NCBI GenBank assembly: GCA_030922375.1
Contig: JAVEPB010000113.1
Location: 9,824-73,823, forward strand
Direction of reading: 5' to 3'
DNA length: 64,000 nt
From: a bacterium
GTDB lineage: Bacteria > UBA8248
Every line of letters begins with the position of its first letter. The first letter of the stretch is position 1. A model generated the notes under the pieces. The model was not told where the DNA came from. It made no database searches and was given only the letters and a program-made list of their open reading frames with translations. Below, piece after piece: positions 46,543 through 55,920 of this stretch. A program made the translations under genes and the position numbers.

Positions 46543-47530
46543 CCTCGAACAGGGCGTCGGTGAAGGCCTTGGCGTCGAAGGGGAGGAGGTCGTCCGGGCC
46601 CTCGCCGACGCCTATCCACCGGACGGGGAGGCCGCTTTCGTGGACGGCGCCGATGAGAACGCCGCCCTTGGCGGAGCCGTCGAGCTTGGTGACGACGAGT
46701 CCGGTGACGCCTAGGGCGGGGCCGAACTCGCGCACCTGGGCGAGGGCATTCTGGCCGGATGTGGCGTCGAGGACGAGGAGGGTCTCGTGCGGGGCGCCGG
46801 GGAGCTGGCGCTCGGCGACGCGGCTGACCTTGATGAGTTCGTCCATGAGGTTTTTCTTGGTGTGGAGGCGGCCGGCGGTGTCGACGAGGAGGATATCGGC
46901 CCCGCGCGCGCGGGCGGAGGCGATGGCGTCGAATACCACGGCGCCGGGGTCGGCGCCCTCCTGATGGCGGACGATGTGGCATCCGCTTCGCTCCGCCCAG
47001 ACCTCGACCTGTTCGCCGGCAGCGGCGCGGAAGGTGTCGGCGGCGGCGAACATGACTTTTCGCCCCTCGGCGGCGAGGCGGGAGGCAAGTTTGCCCGCCG
47101 TTGTTGTTTTTCCGGAGCCGTTGACGCCGACGAGGAAAACGATCTCGGGTTCGCCTTCGGGCGGCCCCTCGCCCCTGGCAGGCGGAGACTGGGCCGGGTG
47201 CTCCATGAGTGAGAGAAGAATCGCGCGCACGCGCGTGCTCGGGCTCTCGCCCTCGCCCTCGCCGCGCCGGAGCGCCTCCAGGACGGCTTCTACGGTGGCC
47301 GGACCGATATCGGCCATATAGAGCGCCTCCTCGATGTCGTCGATCGACCCGGGATCGAGCCGAGATATGCCGGAAAGGACCACACCTAGGGTCGATGCGA
47401 GAGAAGCGCGGGTCTTGGACAGCCCCCGGCGGAGACCGCCCAGCCATCTCCGGGCGCCGCCACTTCCCGCACCTCCAATTTTGGAGGGAATATCCCCAAC
47501 CGTTTTCTTTCCGCCGAATCGAAGGACCAC
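46529..47530 (-). CDS. ftsY: Signal recognition particle receptor FtsY
   Basis: NG domain with GVNGSGKTTTAGKLA, DTAGRLH and TKLDGSAKGG. GTG start at 47530. 333 aa. Confidence 0.92.
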   Translation of the reverse strand: MVLRFGGKKTVGDIPSKIGGAGSGGARRWLGGLRRGLSKTRASLASTLGVVLSGISRLDPGSIDDIEEALYMADIGPATVEAVLEALRRGEGEGESPSTRVRAILLSLMEHPAQSPPARGEGPPEGEPEIVFLVGVNGSGKTTTAGKLASRLAAEGRKVMFAAADTFRAAAGEQVEVWAERSGCHIVRHQEGADPGAVVFDAIASARARGADILLVDTAGRLHTKKNLMDELIKVSRVAERQLPGAPHETLLVLDATSGQNALAQVREFGPALGVTGLVVTKLDGSAKGGVLIGAVHESGLPVRWIGVGEGPDDLLPFDAKAFTDALFEGEPS

Positions 47531-47556
47531 TCGATCCCCCTCTCTAGAGATGTTTC

Positions 47557-47594
47557 AAAGAAGAACCCCCGCAGCCGAACTTGCCGCGGGGGTT
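47557..47594 (-). terminator. Hairpin with a weak U-tract downstream of smc (terminator or attenuator)
   Basis: AACCCCCGC (47564-47572) pairs with GCGGGGGTT (47586-47594). On the minus strand CTTCTTTG follows. It lies only about 34 nt upstream of the ftsY start, so read-through or partial termination is likely. Confidence 0.4.
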
Positions 47595-47632
47595 GTCAGT
47601 ATTCTCAGCTCAATCGAAATCGCACGGAGAGC

Positions 47633-50600
47633 CTAGGCGCTACCGGAATCCACCGCCGCAGACACTTCCTCGCCTTCGGCGGCAACTTCCGCCTCGGCCA
47701 CCTCTCGGCCGTCGGCGCGATTTTCGTTTTCTTCAGCACGATTCATTTTCACCGAAACAATGATGGACACGCCCTTCTCGCGCTGGGTCACTCCGTAGAG
47801 CCGGGTAGCGTAGGACATCGTCCTCTTGTTGTGGGTGATCAGAATGAACTGGCTCTTGTCTTCGAGCTCGGCGATTACGTCGCGGAACCGGCCCACGTTT
47901 GCATCGTCAAGGGTAGCGTCCACCTCGTCGAGGAGACAGAAGGGGCTCGGGCGAACGGAGAAGACCGAAAAGAGCAGCGCCAGCGCCGTTAAAGCTTTCT
48001 CGCCCGCCGAGAGGAGCATGATGTTCGCAGGACGCTTGCCCGGTGGCCGCACCTCGATGTCCACTCCCGTCTCAAGCGGGTCGTTCGGGTCGATGAGGTA
48101 CATGCGCGCCTCCCCACCTTGGAACAGGCGTCCGAAAATATCCGCAAATTGAGTGCTCACCTGCTCGAAAGCCTCCAGAAAGCGCCTTCTAGTCGTCTGG
48201 TTCAGCTTATCAATGGTTAAGTGAAGGTCCTGAATGGACTTCTCCAGATCCTCCTGCTGCTCCTTGAGGAAGGAGTATTCTTGGTTGATCTCGTCGAACT
48301 CCTGAGCCGCCAGCGGATTCACCACACCCATTCGCGACAACCGCGTTCGAAGCATTTCGAGCCGGGTGGTGCGCTCATCGTAACTTGTGAGTTGCTCTTT
48401 ATTTTCCTGGGCCAATGCGATTAGATCAAGGTCGAAGTCGTTTCGCGCCGATTCGACCATCGAATTTCGTTGGACACGTAGGGTGGTTCGCCGTTCGGCC
48501 GCCTCGGAGAGACTTGACTGGATGCGTGCGGCTTCATCCCGCATCTCCCGTAAAAGATTAGCCAGCTCTTCGTCGCGGGCACGAACATCGTCCACAACGC
48601 GGGAGCGCTCCCCCTGCTCGGTCTCGATCTCGGATTTCTCTCTCCTGAACCGATCAATTTCCTCATGGCTCTGGGTGAGATTCAAATTCAGACTCTCGCG
48701 TTTTTGGCAAGAATCCTCCTCCTCCTCCCTCCTTCGGGCTGCCCGGGATATGTTCTGCTGAATCGCCTCCGCAACCCGGTTCAACTCCGCCCGCAGGCCG
48801 GTGGCCTTCCCTTGCGCCTCGGACAACTGGACACGCCTGTCGGAGACCTCCTCTTCCAGACGGGAGGTCTGCTCTCCTGCGCGAGCCTGTTCTTTCTCGA
48901 TTTCCGCACTACGGGTCTCGGCATTCCGTAAGACCGCCTCTACCCTGTCCGCCTCTCTTTCCGCCTCCAGGCGGCCGATTTCGATCCGCTCCAGCTCTCC
49001 GCTCAGGTTCGAACACTGTGCGGCGAGTATGTCGCAGCGCTCAACCGAAACCGATAGTTTCTCCTGGAATGCACGGAGGCCCCCTTCGACCTCGACCCGG
49101 GCCAGTTCCGCCTCGCGGACTTTCCGTTCCGCCTGCGCCGCCTCCTCCTGCGCTCGGTCAAGGGCCTGGCGGCAATTCGTCTCTTTTTCAGTGACCCCGG
49201 CCAGCTTCGATTCCTGCCCGGCCGCCGAGTGCTTGAGCCCCTCGCGCCGACGTTTTCTTTCGAGAACACCCGCTCCCGCATCGGAGATACTGCCCCCTTC
49301 CGCGGCACCGGACGGCAACACCAACTCTCCCGCCAGGGTAACCCAGGTGATACCATCCGGCCCTGATCGCCACGCCTCGTAAGCAGCGTCCAAATCCCGG
49401 ACAATTCCCACACCGGCAAGAAGGGATTCCATGAGCGAACGATAATCGTCCGGAAATCCGACCAAATCGATGGCTGCGCCCTCGACGCCTTCAAGACGCG
49501 GAATATAGGACAGCGTCAACCTTCGCGGAATGGCAGGAAGCGCTAAACCCCTTCCTTTCCGACCCGAGGAAATCAGATTTTTAATCGCGGAAATGCTGGA
49601 TTCGGAGTCCGACACCACCACTCCCTTGAGCTTGGCTCCCAGCGCCGCCTCAATGGCTTTTTCATAACGAGGTTCGACTTTCAGTACTTCCGATAATACA
49701 TTCCGAACCTCCACACCCGCCGCACGAAATGCATCCATCCCGGAGAACTCATTCGAATCCCCGTTTTCGAGGCTTTCGATCACTAGAAGAGAGGATCTGG
49801 ATTCGACAAGCGCCTCTTTCGATGCCGCCACCGCCGCCTCGCATTCGCGAAGCATAACTTCCAGACGGGATTTTTCAGAGTTGGCAGTTTCCAGTTCCAA
49901 TTTCGCGGAGTCTACATCAACCGATAAACCGTTGAAGCGGACAGCAACGGATTCAGCCTCCTTTTGCACCTCATTGCGAATCTGCGTGGCCTCGGATAAC
50001 TCCTTGTCCAAACGCTCAATTGACTCCCGGATTACCTCGCGCCGAGATTCGCCCGATGCAATTCGCTCACGAACATTACTAAGACTCTTGGATTCGCTTG
50101 CGTGGAGCTTCCGGTTATCCGCTTCGGCCGCTTCCCATTTCGACAACTCTGACCGCAGTCCATTCAATTCATCCGAGCTTTCTTCATACTTGAGACGAGC
50201 CGAATCGGCTTCCCGGGAAAGAGAAACTTCACGAGCCACCAACTGTTCACGCTCTTCCTCGAGTTTCCGCGATTCCTCCCCCAAGGACTGCATCTCCTCT
50301 CGCCGCCGCTCATCCTCCCCGTCGAGTTCCACCAAGCGGCTCGAAAGCATTTCCAGTCGATTCTCGAGCCTCTGGAGATACCCCTCCACTTCAACCGCCC
50401 GGCGGCGCGTCTCAGCGAGTTCTTCGGAGAACTCAGCCACTTCGATTCGGCACTTTTCCCGTTCGGCCTCTCTCGCGGAAAATGCGGCGGAGTGAACCTC
50501 GTTTTGCTCATTGATTCGGGCGTACTCCCGCTCGGCTGGTTCCAGATTGGCATCAAGACGGAGCAGGTCCAGGCTCGAGATACAGATTTCCAACTCCTCG

Positions 50601-51277
50601 ATTTCATTTTGATACTCTTTGTGGAATGTGGCTTTACGAGCCTGACGGCGAAGAGATCGAAGGCGGGTCTCTTTCTCGTTCATCACATCGGCCACACGCA
50701 GAAGATTTGCCTGCGCCAACTCCAGTTTCCGGAGGGCCTCGTTTCGCCGGCTTTTATACTTCATGATACCGGCCGCCTCTTCGATAAACACACGGCGATC
50801 CATCGGCTTTGCGTTGACGAGTCCCTCGATACGCCCCTGCTCGATTATCGAGAAGGTATCCAGCGAGACCCCTGTGTCGAGGAACAGATCGGTAATGTCC
50901 TTCAGCCGGCACGGATTTCGATTAATGAGATATTCGCTCTCGCCCGATCGGTAAAGCCTCCGTGTGACGACGAGTTCGTCGTAGTCCTTGAACAGGGGGG
51001 CTGTAACAACCCCTTTCAAATCCGAGACAGTCAAGGAAACTTCCGCCATTCCCAAGGGCTTTCTGTCCGCGCTGCCGCTGAAAATGAGGTCTTCCATTTT
51101 TTTGGCCCGGAGGTTCTTAGGCCCCTGCTCGCCCAGGACCCACCGGATAGCGTCGCTAACATTGCTTTTCCCGCAACCATTCGGCCCGACTATCGCCGTT
51201 AAATCCTCTCCGAATTCAATGACGGTTTTGTCCACAAAGGACTTGAACCCCAACATTTCGATACGCTTGAATTTCAA
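47633..51277 (-). CDS. smc: Chromosome segregation protein SMC
   Basis: 1214 aa. N-terminal Walker A IVGPNGCGKSNVSDAIRWVLGE, long coiled coils and hinge, C-terminal LSAGEKALTALALLF and CLLDEVDATLDD. Confidence 0.93.
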   Translation of the reverse strand: MKFKRIEMLGFKSFVDKTVIEFGEDLTAIVGPNGCGKSNVSDAIRWVLGEQGPKNLRAKKMEDLIFSGSADRKPLGMAEVSLTVSDLKGVVTAPLFKDYDELVVTRRLYRSGESEYLINRNPCRLKDITDLFLDTGVSLDTFSIIEQGRIEGLVNAKPMDRRVFIEEAAGIMKYKSRRNEALRKLELAQANLLRVADVMNEKETRLRSLRRQARKATFHKEYQNEIEELEICISSLDLLRLDANLEPAEREYARINEQNEVHSAAFSAREAEREKCRIEVAEFSEELAETRRRAVEVEGYLQRLENRLEMLSSRLVELDGEDERRREEMQSLGEESRKLEEEREQLVAREVSLSREADSARLKYEESSDELNGLRSELSKWEAAEADNRKLHASESKSLSNVRERIASGESRREVIRESIERLDKELSEATQIRNEVQKEAESVAVRFNGLSVDVDSAKLELETANSEKSRLEVMLRECEAAVAASKEALVESRSSLLVIESLENGDSNEFSGMDAFRAAGVEVRNVLSEVLKVEPRYEKAIEAALGAKLKGVVVSDSESSISAIKNLISSGRKGRGLALPAIPRRLTLSYIPRLEGVEGAAIDLVGFPDDYRSLMESLLAGVGIVRDLDAAYEAWRSGPDGITWVTLAGELVLPSGAAEGGSISDAGAGVLERKRRREGLKHSAAGQESKLAGVTEKETNCRQALDRAQEEAAQAERKVREAELARVEVEGGLRAFQEKLSVSVERCDILAAQCSNLSGELERIEIGRLEAEREADRVEAVLRNAETRSAEIEKEQARAGEQTSRLEEEVSDRRVQLSEAQGKATGLRAELNRVAEAIQQNISRAARRREEEEDSCQKRESLNLNLTQSHEEIDRFRREKSEIETEQGERSRVVDDVRARDEELANLLREMRDEAARIQSSLSEAAERRTTLRVQRNSMVESARNDFDLDLIALAQENKEQLTSYDERTTRLEMLRTRLSRMGVVNPLAAQEFDEINQEYSFLKEQQEDLEKSIQDLHLTIDKLNQTTRRRFLEAFEQVSTQFADIFGRLFQGGEARMYLIDPNDPLETGVDIEVRPPGKRPANIMLLSAGEKALTALALLFSVFSVRPSPFCLLDEVDATLDDANVGRFRDVIAELEDKSQFILITHNKRTMSYATRLYGVTQREKGVSIIVSVKMNRAEENENRADGREVAEAEVAAEGEEVSAAVDSGSA

Positions 51278-51374
51278 GTCATGTTCCTCGACAGGCGACT
51301 GTGTATTATCAAAAAAATCAGGGCGGTAGGAGCATTCACGTTAACAGAATCCGTCCTGCGGCGCAAAGAGAAAT

Positions 51375-52238
51375 TTAGCGGGTTGGACTCTTTCGCCTTT
51401 TTCGGGACGGACCTGTTTTTTCCCTCACAAGAGCCGCGATGGACTCTTGGGCAGCGGCCTGCTCCGCCTCTTTTTTGCTTTTACCGGAGCCGACTCCCAA
51501 CACCTGCCCTCCGTGGTGTACCTCGACTTTGAATATCTTGTCGTGCTCAGGGCCGGATTCACTCTTTACGCGGTAGGCCGGAAGACGTTTTCCCAGCCGC
51601 TGAAGCTCCTGTTGCAACTGGCTTTTATGGTCCTCTGCCAGAACATCCGCCAAATTGTCCTCCACTCCTTTCCAAAGCCATGATTCCACCACTTCGGCGC
51701 ACTGCGCATAGCCTGCGTCCAAATATATCGCTCCCACGACCGCTTCCAGGGCATCAGCCATGATCGAGGGCTTCTGGCGGCCGTCGGTCTTGAGCTCTCC
51801 CTTGCCCAGCCTCAGACAAGCGGCCAAGTCCATCTCGCGCGCCACTCTGGCCAAGGCGCGCCCACTGACCCTTTCTGATCGGCGGCGCGTCAAAACCCCC
51901 TCGTCCTCTTCTTTCAGCTCGGTCCAGAGCCGCTTCGTGACAATCAACTGAAGGACGGCGTCTCCCAGGAATTCAAGCCTTTCGTTATCTGCCTCGAGAG
52001 GAACGGCTTCCTGGGAAAAGGAACGGTGCGTAAGCGCCTGAAGGATGAGCCGGGGGTCCGAAAAACGATGGCCGAGCCGCTCTTCAAGCTCTCGGATCGG
52101 ACGAGGGAGAATTTCTTTTTTTCTGGAAGAACGCCCTGCGCTTTTCGCCCGCCGAGGCTTAGGCGACTTCCGCTTCGGGCTTGCGGAAGAGGATCGTTGC
52201 GTTCGTCCCGCCGAATCCGAAGGAGTTCGTAATGGCAC
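51375..52238 (-). CDS. rnc: Ribonuclease III (start codon uncertain)
   Basis: LEERLGHRFSDPRLILQALTHRSF, signature NERLEFLGDAVL, and a C-terminal dsRBD (GPEHDKIFKVEVHHGGQVLGVGSGKSKKEAEQAAA). There is no ATG/GTG/TTG between the fabF stop (52159) and the conserved core. Candidates are GTG 52238 (80-nt overlap with fabF) or ATT 52112. Confidence 0.85.
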   Translation of the reverse strand: MPLRTPSDSAGRTQRSSSASPKRKSPKPRRAKSAGRSSRKKEILPRPIRELEERLGHRFSDPRLILQALTHRSFSQEAVPLEADNERLEFLGDAVLQLIVTKRLWTELKEEDEGVLTRRRSERVSGRALARVAREMDLAACLRLGKGELKTDGRQKPSIMADALEAVVGAIYLDAGYAQCAEVVESWLWKGVEDNLADVLAEDHKSQLQQELQRLGKRLPAYRVKSESGPEHDKIFKVEVHHGGQVLGVGSGKSKKEAEQAAAQESIAALVREKTGPSRKRRKSPTR

Positions 52239-53439
52239 AGCGGATGTCCGCCTTACGGGGCTGGTTGGGAACGTAATCCAGATCGCATTCCGGATCAGGG
52301 GTATCTTGGTTGATGGTGGGCGGTACGGTCCCGTTCTGGATAGACATAATCGTGAAGATCGATTCGATACCTCCGGCCGCTCCAAGGAGATGGCCGGTCA
52401 TCGATTTGGTCGAGCTGACCGGAATATTGTAAGCCTGCTCACCAAAGGTGCGCTTGATCGCCACAGTTTCGAGCTTATCGCCGCCGGGCGTGGAAGTTCC
52501 GTGAGCGTTGATGTAGTGGACATCATCGATGCTGATACCCGCATCTTGCATGGCCATTTCCATGGACCTGGAGGCCCCTTCGCCATCGGGAGAGGGAGAG
52601 GTGATGTGGTACGCATCGGCGCTTAGACCGTAACCCGACACTTCGGCGTAAATATTAGCTCCCCTTTCGACAGCATGCTCGTAACGCTCGAGGATCAGCA
52701 CGCCGGATCCTTCACCCATCACAAACCCGTTCCGATCGGCATCGAATGGCCTACTGGCGCGTTCGGGGTCTTCGTTCCGGGTGCTCAGTGCTTTCATCGC
52801 GCAAAATCCGCCCATGGCGAGCTCCGTGATGCAGGATTCACCCCCCCCCGACACCACAACGTCGGCAATTCCGCGCTGGATAAATTTCATCGCATCGCCG
52901 ATGGCATGGTTGCTCGAAGCGCAAGCCGTCACCGTGCAGGTGTTCGGCCCCTTTAGGCCCCAGTGCATGGACACCTGGCCGGCCGCCAGATTGGCCAGCA
53001 GCATCGGGATAAAAAATGGGCTCAGCCTTTTTGGCCCCTTTTCCTCGAGGATATCCTTGTGTTTCTCAATGGCCGGCAAGCCGCCCAGCCCTACTCCGAT
53101 GACAGCGCCGTAGCGGGGTGCGATATCTTCTTCTGGCTTCTTCAATCCTGCATCGTCAAAAGCCATTTTTGTGGCGGCCAATACGAACTGAATGAAAGTG
53201 TCCATCTTCTTGATTTCTTTTCGCTCGATATAATCTTCCGGATTAAAGTCCTTCACCTCTCCAGAAATCTGCGAAGGCAGACGCTCTGAGTTGAACCGGG
53301 TCACAGGACCGATTCCCGATTTACCCGTCATCAAAGCATCCCAGTTTTCCTGAAGGCCCACCCCGAGGGGGGTGACCAAACCCATGCCGGTAACAACAAC
53401 GCGAATTTCCTTGGACACTTTCCACATTCTCCAGTTCAA
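52159..53439 (-). CDS. fabF: 3-oxoacyl-ACP synthase II
   Basis: IRVVVTGMGLVTPLG, active-site TACASSNHAIGDA, HGTSTPGGD and GHLLGAAG. The true start is possibly a few codons inside the listed ORF. Confidence 0.92.
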   Translation of the reverse strand: MNWRMWKVSKEIRVVVTGMGLVTPLGVGLQENWDALMTGKSGIGPVTRFNSERLPSQISGEVKDFNPEDYIERKEIKKMDTFIQFVLAATKMAFDDAGLKKPEEDIAPRYGAVIGVGLGGLPAIEKHKDILEEKGPKRLSPFFIPMLLANLAAGQVSMHWGLKGPNTCTVTACASSNHAIGDAMKFIQRGIADVVVSGGGESCITELAMGGFCAMKALSTRNEDPERASRPFDADRNGFVMGEGSGVLILERYEHAVERGANIYAEVSGYGLSADAYHITSPSPDGEGASRSMEMAMQDAGISIDDVHYINAHGTSTPGGDKLETVAIKRTFGEQAYNIPVSSTKSMTGHLLGAAGGIESIFTIMSIQNGTVPPTINQDTPDPECDLDYVPNQPRKADIRCAITNSFGFGGTNATILFRKPEAEVA

Positions 53440-53480
53440 AAATTAGCCGAGGTTAAAAAGCCCAATACTTCTCTTTCGGC

Positions 53481-53717
53481 CTAGCCATTTTCCTCAATAT
53501 AGGAGACAGCGTCTTGAACCGTGGCGATTTTTTCGGCAGCCTCGTCGGGAATTTCGAGACCGAATTTTTCTTCAAAAGCCATGACAAGTTCAACGGTATC
53601 GAGAGAATCCGCCCCCAGATCATTTATGAATGATGCCTCCGAAACCACCTTGTCGGCGTCCACGCTCAACTGCTCTACAATGATTTCCTTCACTCTCTCT
53701 TCAACGTTTTCCGCCAC
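53481..53717 (-). CDS. acpP: Acyl carrier protein
   Basis: GTG at 53717 is preceded by [26 protein letters not shown]...[20 protein letters not shown] carries the DSL phosphopantetheine site. The track ORF (to 53780) is over-extended. Confidence 0.92.
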   Translation of the reverse strand: MAENVEERVKEIIVEQLSVDADKVVSEASFINDLGADSLDTVELVMAFEEKFGLEIPDEAAEKIATVQDAVSYIEENG

Positions 53718-53838
53718 AAATCTTCCTCCCTGGCGAGATTTCACACTCCCCGGATACCCGCATATGCTGAACGGCTTCACTCAGCTTCAAGGCTCCGGGC
53801 CGGTGAACCCTGACAATTATTCCTAATTCCCACACCGG

Positions 53839-54780
53839 TTAATTCAGGCCGGCGACTTTCGACAATGTTTTCTCCAAGCTTTCCGAATCCTCGACGTTGA
53901 AGACAGGGATATCCCTGACGATTCTCTTGTTGAGTCCCGAAAGGACCCTTCCGGGGCCCACCTCGATAAAAGCGCTAATGTTCTCCCGCTCGGCGGAGCG
54001 AACCGAATCTTCCCACCGGACGGCGGCGCGCACCTGCTTTTTAAGGAGTTCTCGGGCTTCTTCGGAGTCCATGACAGGTTGGCTGGTCACATTGGAGTAG
54101 ACCGGAATCGTCAACTCAGAGAAACTCACCGACTCGAGAACTTCGCGCATCCGAAGGCCCGCCTCCTCGAGCAGGGAGCTGTGGAACGGCGCTCCGACCG
54201 GCAACATCACCGCCTTGCGCACGCCCCGGTCCTTGGCCAGAGAAACCGCCGCCTCCACCGCATCCTGTTCGCCAGAGATGACAATCTGGCCAGGCGCATT
54301 ATAGTTGGCGATTTCGACGACGCCGCTCGTTTCCCGGCATATTGCCTCCACAACCTCGCGATCGAGGCCGAGCAGTGCCGCCATGGCACCACCGCCCTCC
54401 GGAACGGAGTTGTGCATGAACCTCCCGCGCTCCTTCACCAGGCAAAGCGCGGTGGGAAAATCCATTGCCCCCGCCGCGAGCAGCGCGGAGTACTCGCCCA
54501 GGCTATGACCCATCGCCAGGGACGGATTAACGCCATTCTCCATGAGCAGCGTGCAGGCGATATAACTATGCACCATGATTGCGGGTTGGGTATTCGATGT
54601 CAGCGTCAATTTCTCTTTGGGCCCCTCAAAGCTGAGCTTGGCGATATCCCATCCGAGGATATCGTTAGCCTGCTCGTAAACCTCGCGGGCGAAAGGATAG
54701 TGGTTGTGAAAATCCTTCCCCATGCCCACGTGCTGAGAGCCCTGACCCGGAAACAGAAAAGCGATTCGAGAGGAACTCAA
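53839..54780 (-). CDS. fabD: Malonyl-CoA:ACP transacylase
   Basis: IAFLFPGQGSQ and GHSLGEYSAL motifs. TTG at 54780 with GGAGG 5 nt upstream. The track start is 54816. Confidence 0.9.
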   Translation of the reverse strand: MSSSRIAFLFPGQGSQHVGMGKDFHNHYPFAREVYEQANDILGWDIAKLSFEGPKEKLTLTSNTQPAIMVHSYIACTLLMENGVNPSLAMGHSLGEYSALLAAGAMDFPTALCLVKERGRFMHNSVPEGGGAMAALLGLDREVVEAICRETSGVVEIANYNAPGQIVISGEQDAVEAAVSLAKDRGVRKAVMLPVGAPFHSSLLEEAGLRMREVLESVSFSELTIPVYSNVTSQPVMDSEEARELLKKQVRAAVRWEDSVRSAERENISAFIEVGPGRVLSGLNKRIVRDIPVFNVEDSESLEKTLSKVAGLN

Positions 54781-54903
54781 TTCAACCTCCAGAAATCTGA
54801 AACACTCCACCTGCACCCATAGTACGAGCGCGATCCGGGCCGGTAATCGTTGAAGAGACGGTTTTCGGGGGCGGACTTGGCGGAAGATGGGTTTCGTCTA
54901 CGT

Positions 54904-55899
54904 TTACCATTCGACCAGCGCGGCGCCCCATGTGAGTCCACCGCCGAAAGCGGCCATCAGTACATTGTCGCCGTGCCTGATTTTCCCCTCCCTTACCCAT
55001 TCGTCCAGGGCGACAGGAATCGTGGCGGAAGACATATTACCATATTTATCGATCGTAATGACGACCTTGTCCCTGTCCAACTCCAATCGCTTGGCCACCG
55101 CGTCGATGATTCGGATATTCGCCTGATGCGGGATAAACACATCGATATCATCAACCGTCATGTCGTTTTTTTCCAGTACTTCCTTGCAAACGTCGGTGAA
55201 ATGACGGACAGCCGTCTTGAACGTTTCCTGGCCCTTCATCTTCAGCGTGCGCTCATTCGATTCGGCTTCCTCGGGAGTCATCGGGGGGAGTTTCGTGCCG
55301 CCGCCCATGATTACGATCTTGTCCGCGTCGTGGCCGTCGCTGTAAATATAGGAGTCGATAAGACCTTTCTCCCCGTTTTCCGCAGGCCCCATGACCACCG
55401 CCCCGGCGCCGTCTCCCCAAAGCACACAAGTTCCTCGGTCGCCCCAGTCGACAGTGCGGGTCATAAGGTCCACCGAAACCACCAGAATATTTTTCATGAG
55501 GCCCGAGCGAATGTAGGCATCCCCCACCTGGAGGCCATACACAAAACCCGAACATGCGGCGTTGAGATCGAAAGCCGCCGCCCGCTCCGCCCCTATCTCG
55601 GCCTGAAGCCAACAAGCCGTCGAGGGACACAAAGAGTCCGGGGTCAGTGTGGTCACGACGATCAAATCGATGTCCTTGGGGTCCATCCCGGCCGCCTCAA
55701 GCGCGTTATTGCTGGCGGGTATCGATATATCGGAGGCCGCGGCCTTGGGGGGAGCTACCCTGCGCTCTCTGATGCCGGTGCGTTCGAAAATCCACTCGTC
55801 AGTTGTATCGACCATTTTTTCCAGGTCCTGGTTCGCAAGCACTTTTTCGGGGACGTAGGAACCTGTCCCCAAAATGACGGAATGGGTCATAGTCAACAC
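54904..55899 (-). CDS. fabH: 3-oxoacyl-ACP synthase III
   Basis: AACSGFVYGL (active Cys), HQANIRI and GGGLTWGAALVEW. 331 aa. Confidence 0.92.
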   Translation of the reverse strand: MLTMTHSVILGTGSYVPEKVLANQDLEKMVDTTDEWIFERTGIRERRVAPPKAAASDISIPASNNALEAAGMDPKDIDLIVVTTLTPDSLCPSTACWLQAEIGAERAAAFDLNAACSGFVYGLQVGDAYIRSGLMKNILVVSVDLMTRTVDWGDRGTCVLWGDGAGAVVMGPAENGEKGLIDSYIYSDGHDADKIVIMGGGTKLPPMTPEEAESNERTLKMKGQETFKTAVRHFTDVCKEVLEKNDMTVDDIDVFIPHQANIRIIDAVAKRLELDRDKVVITIDKYGNMSSATIPVALDEWVREGKIRHGDNVLMAAFGGGLTWGAALVEW

Positions 55900-55920
55900 C
55901 TGGTTTGGGCGGGATTGCTT

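Noticed and set aside
46539-47447. 302-aa alternate-frame ORF within ftsY (Arg/Pro-rich)
   Set aside because: Alternate-frame artefact. The ftsY frame carries all the SRP-GTPase motifs.
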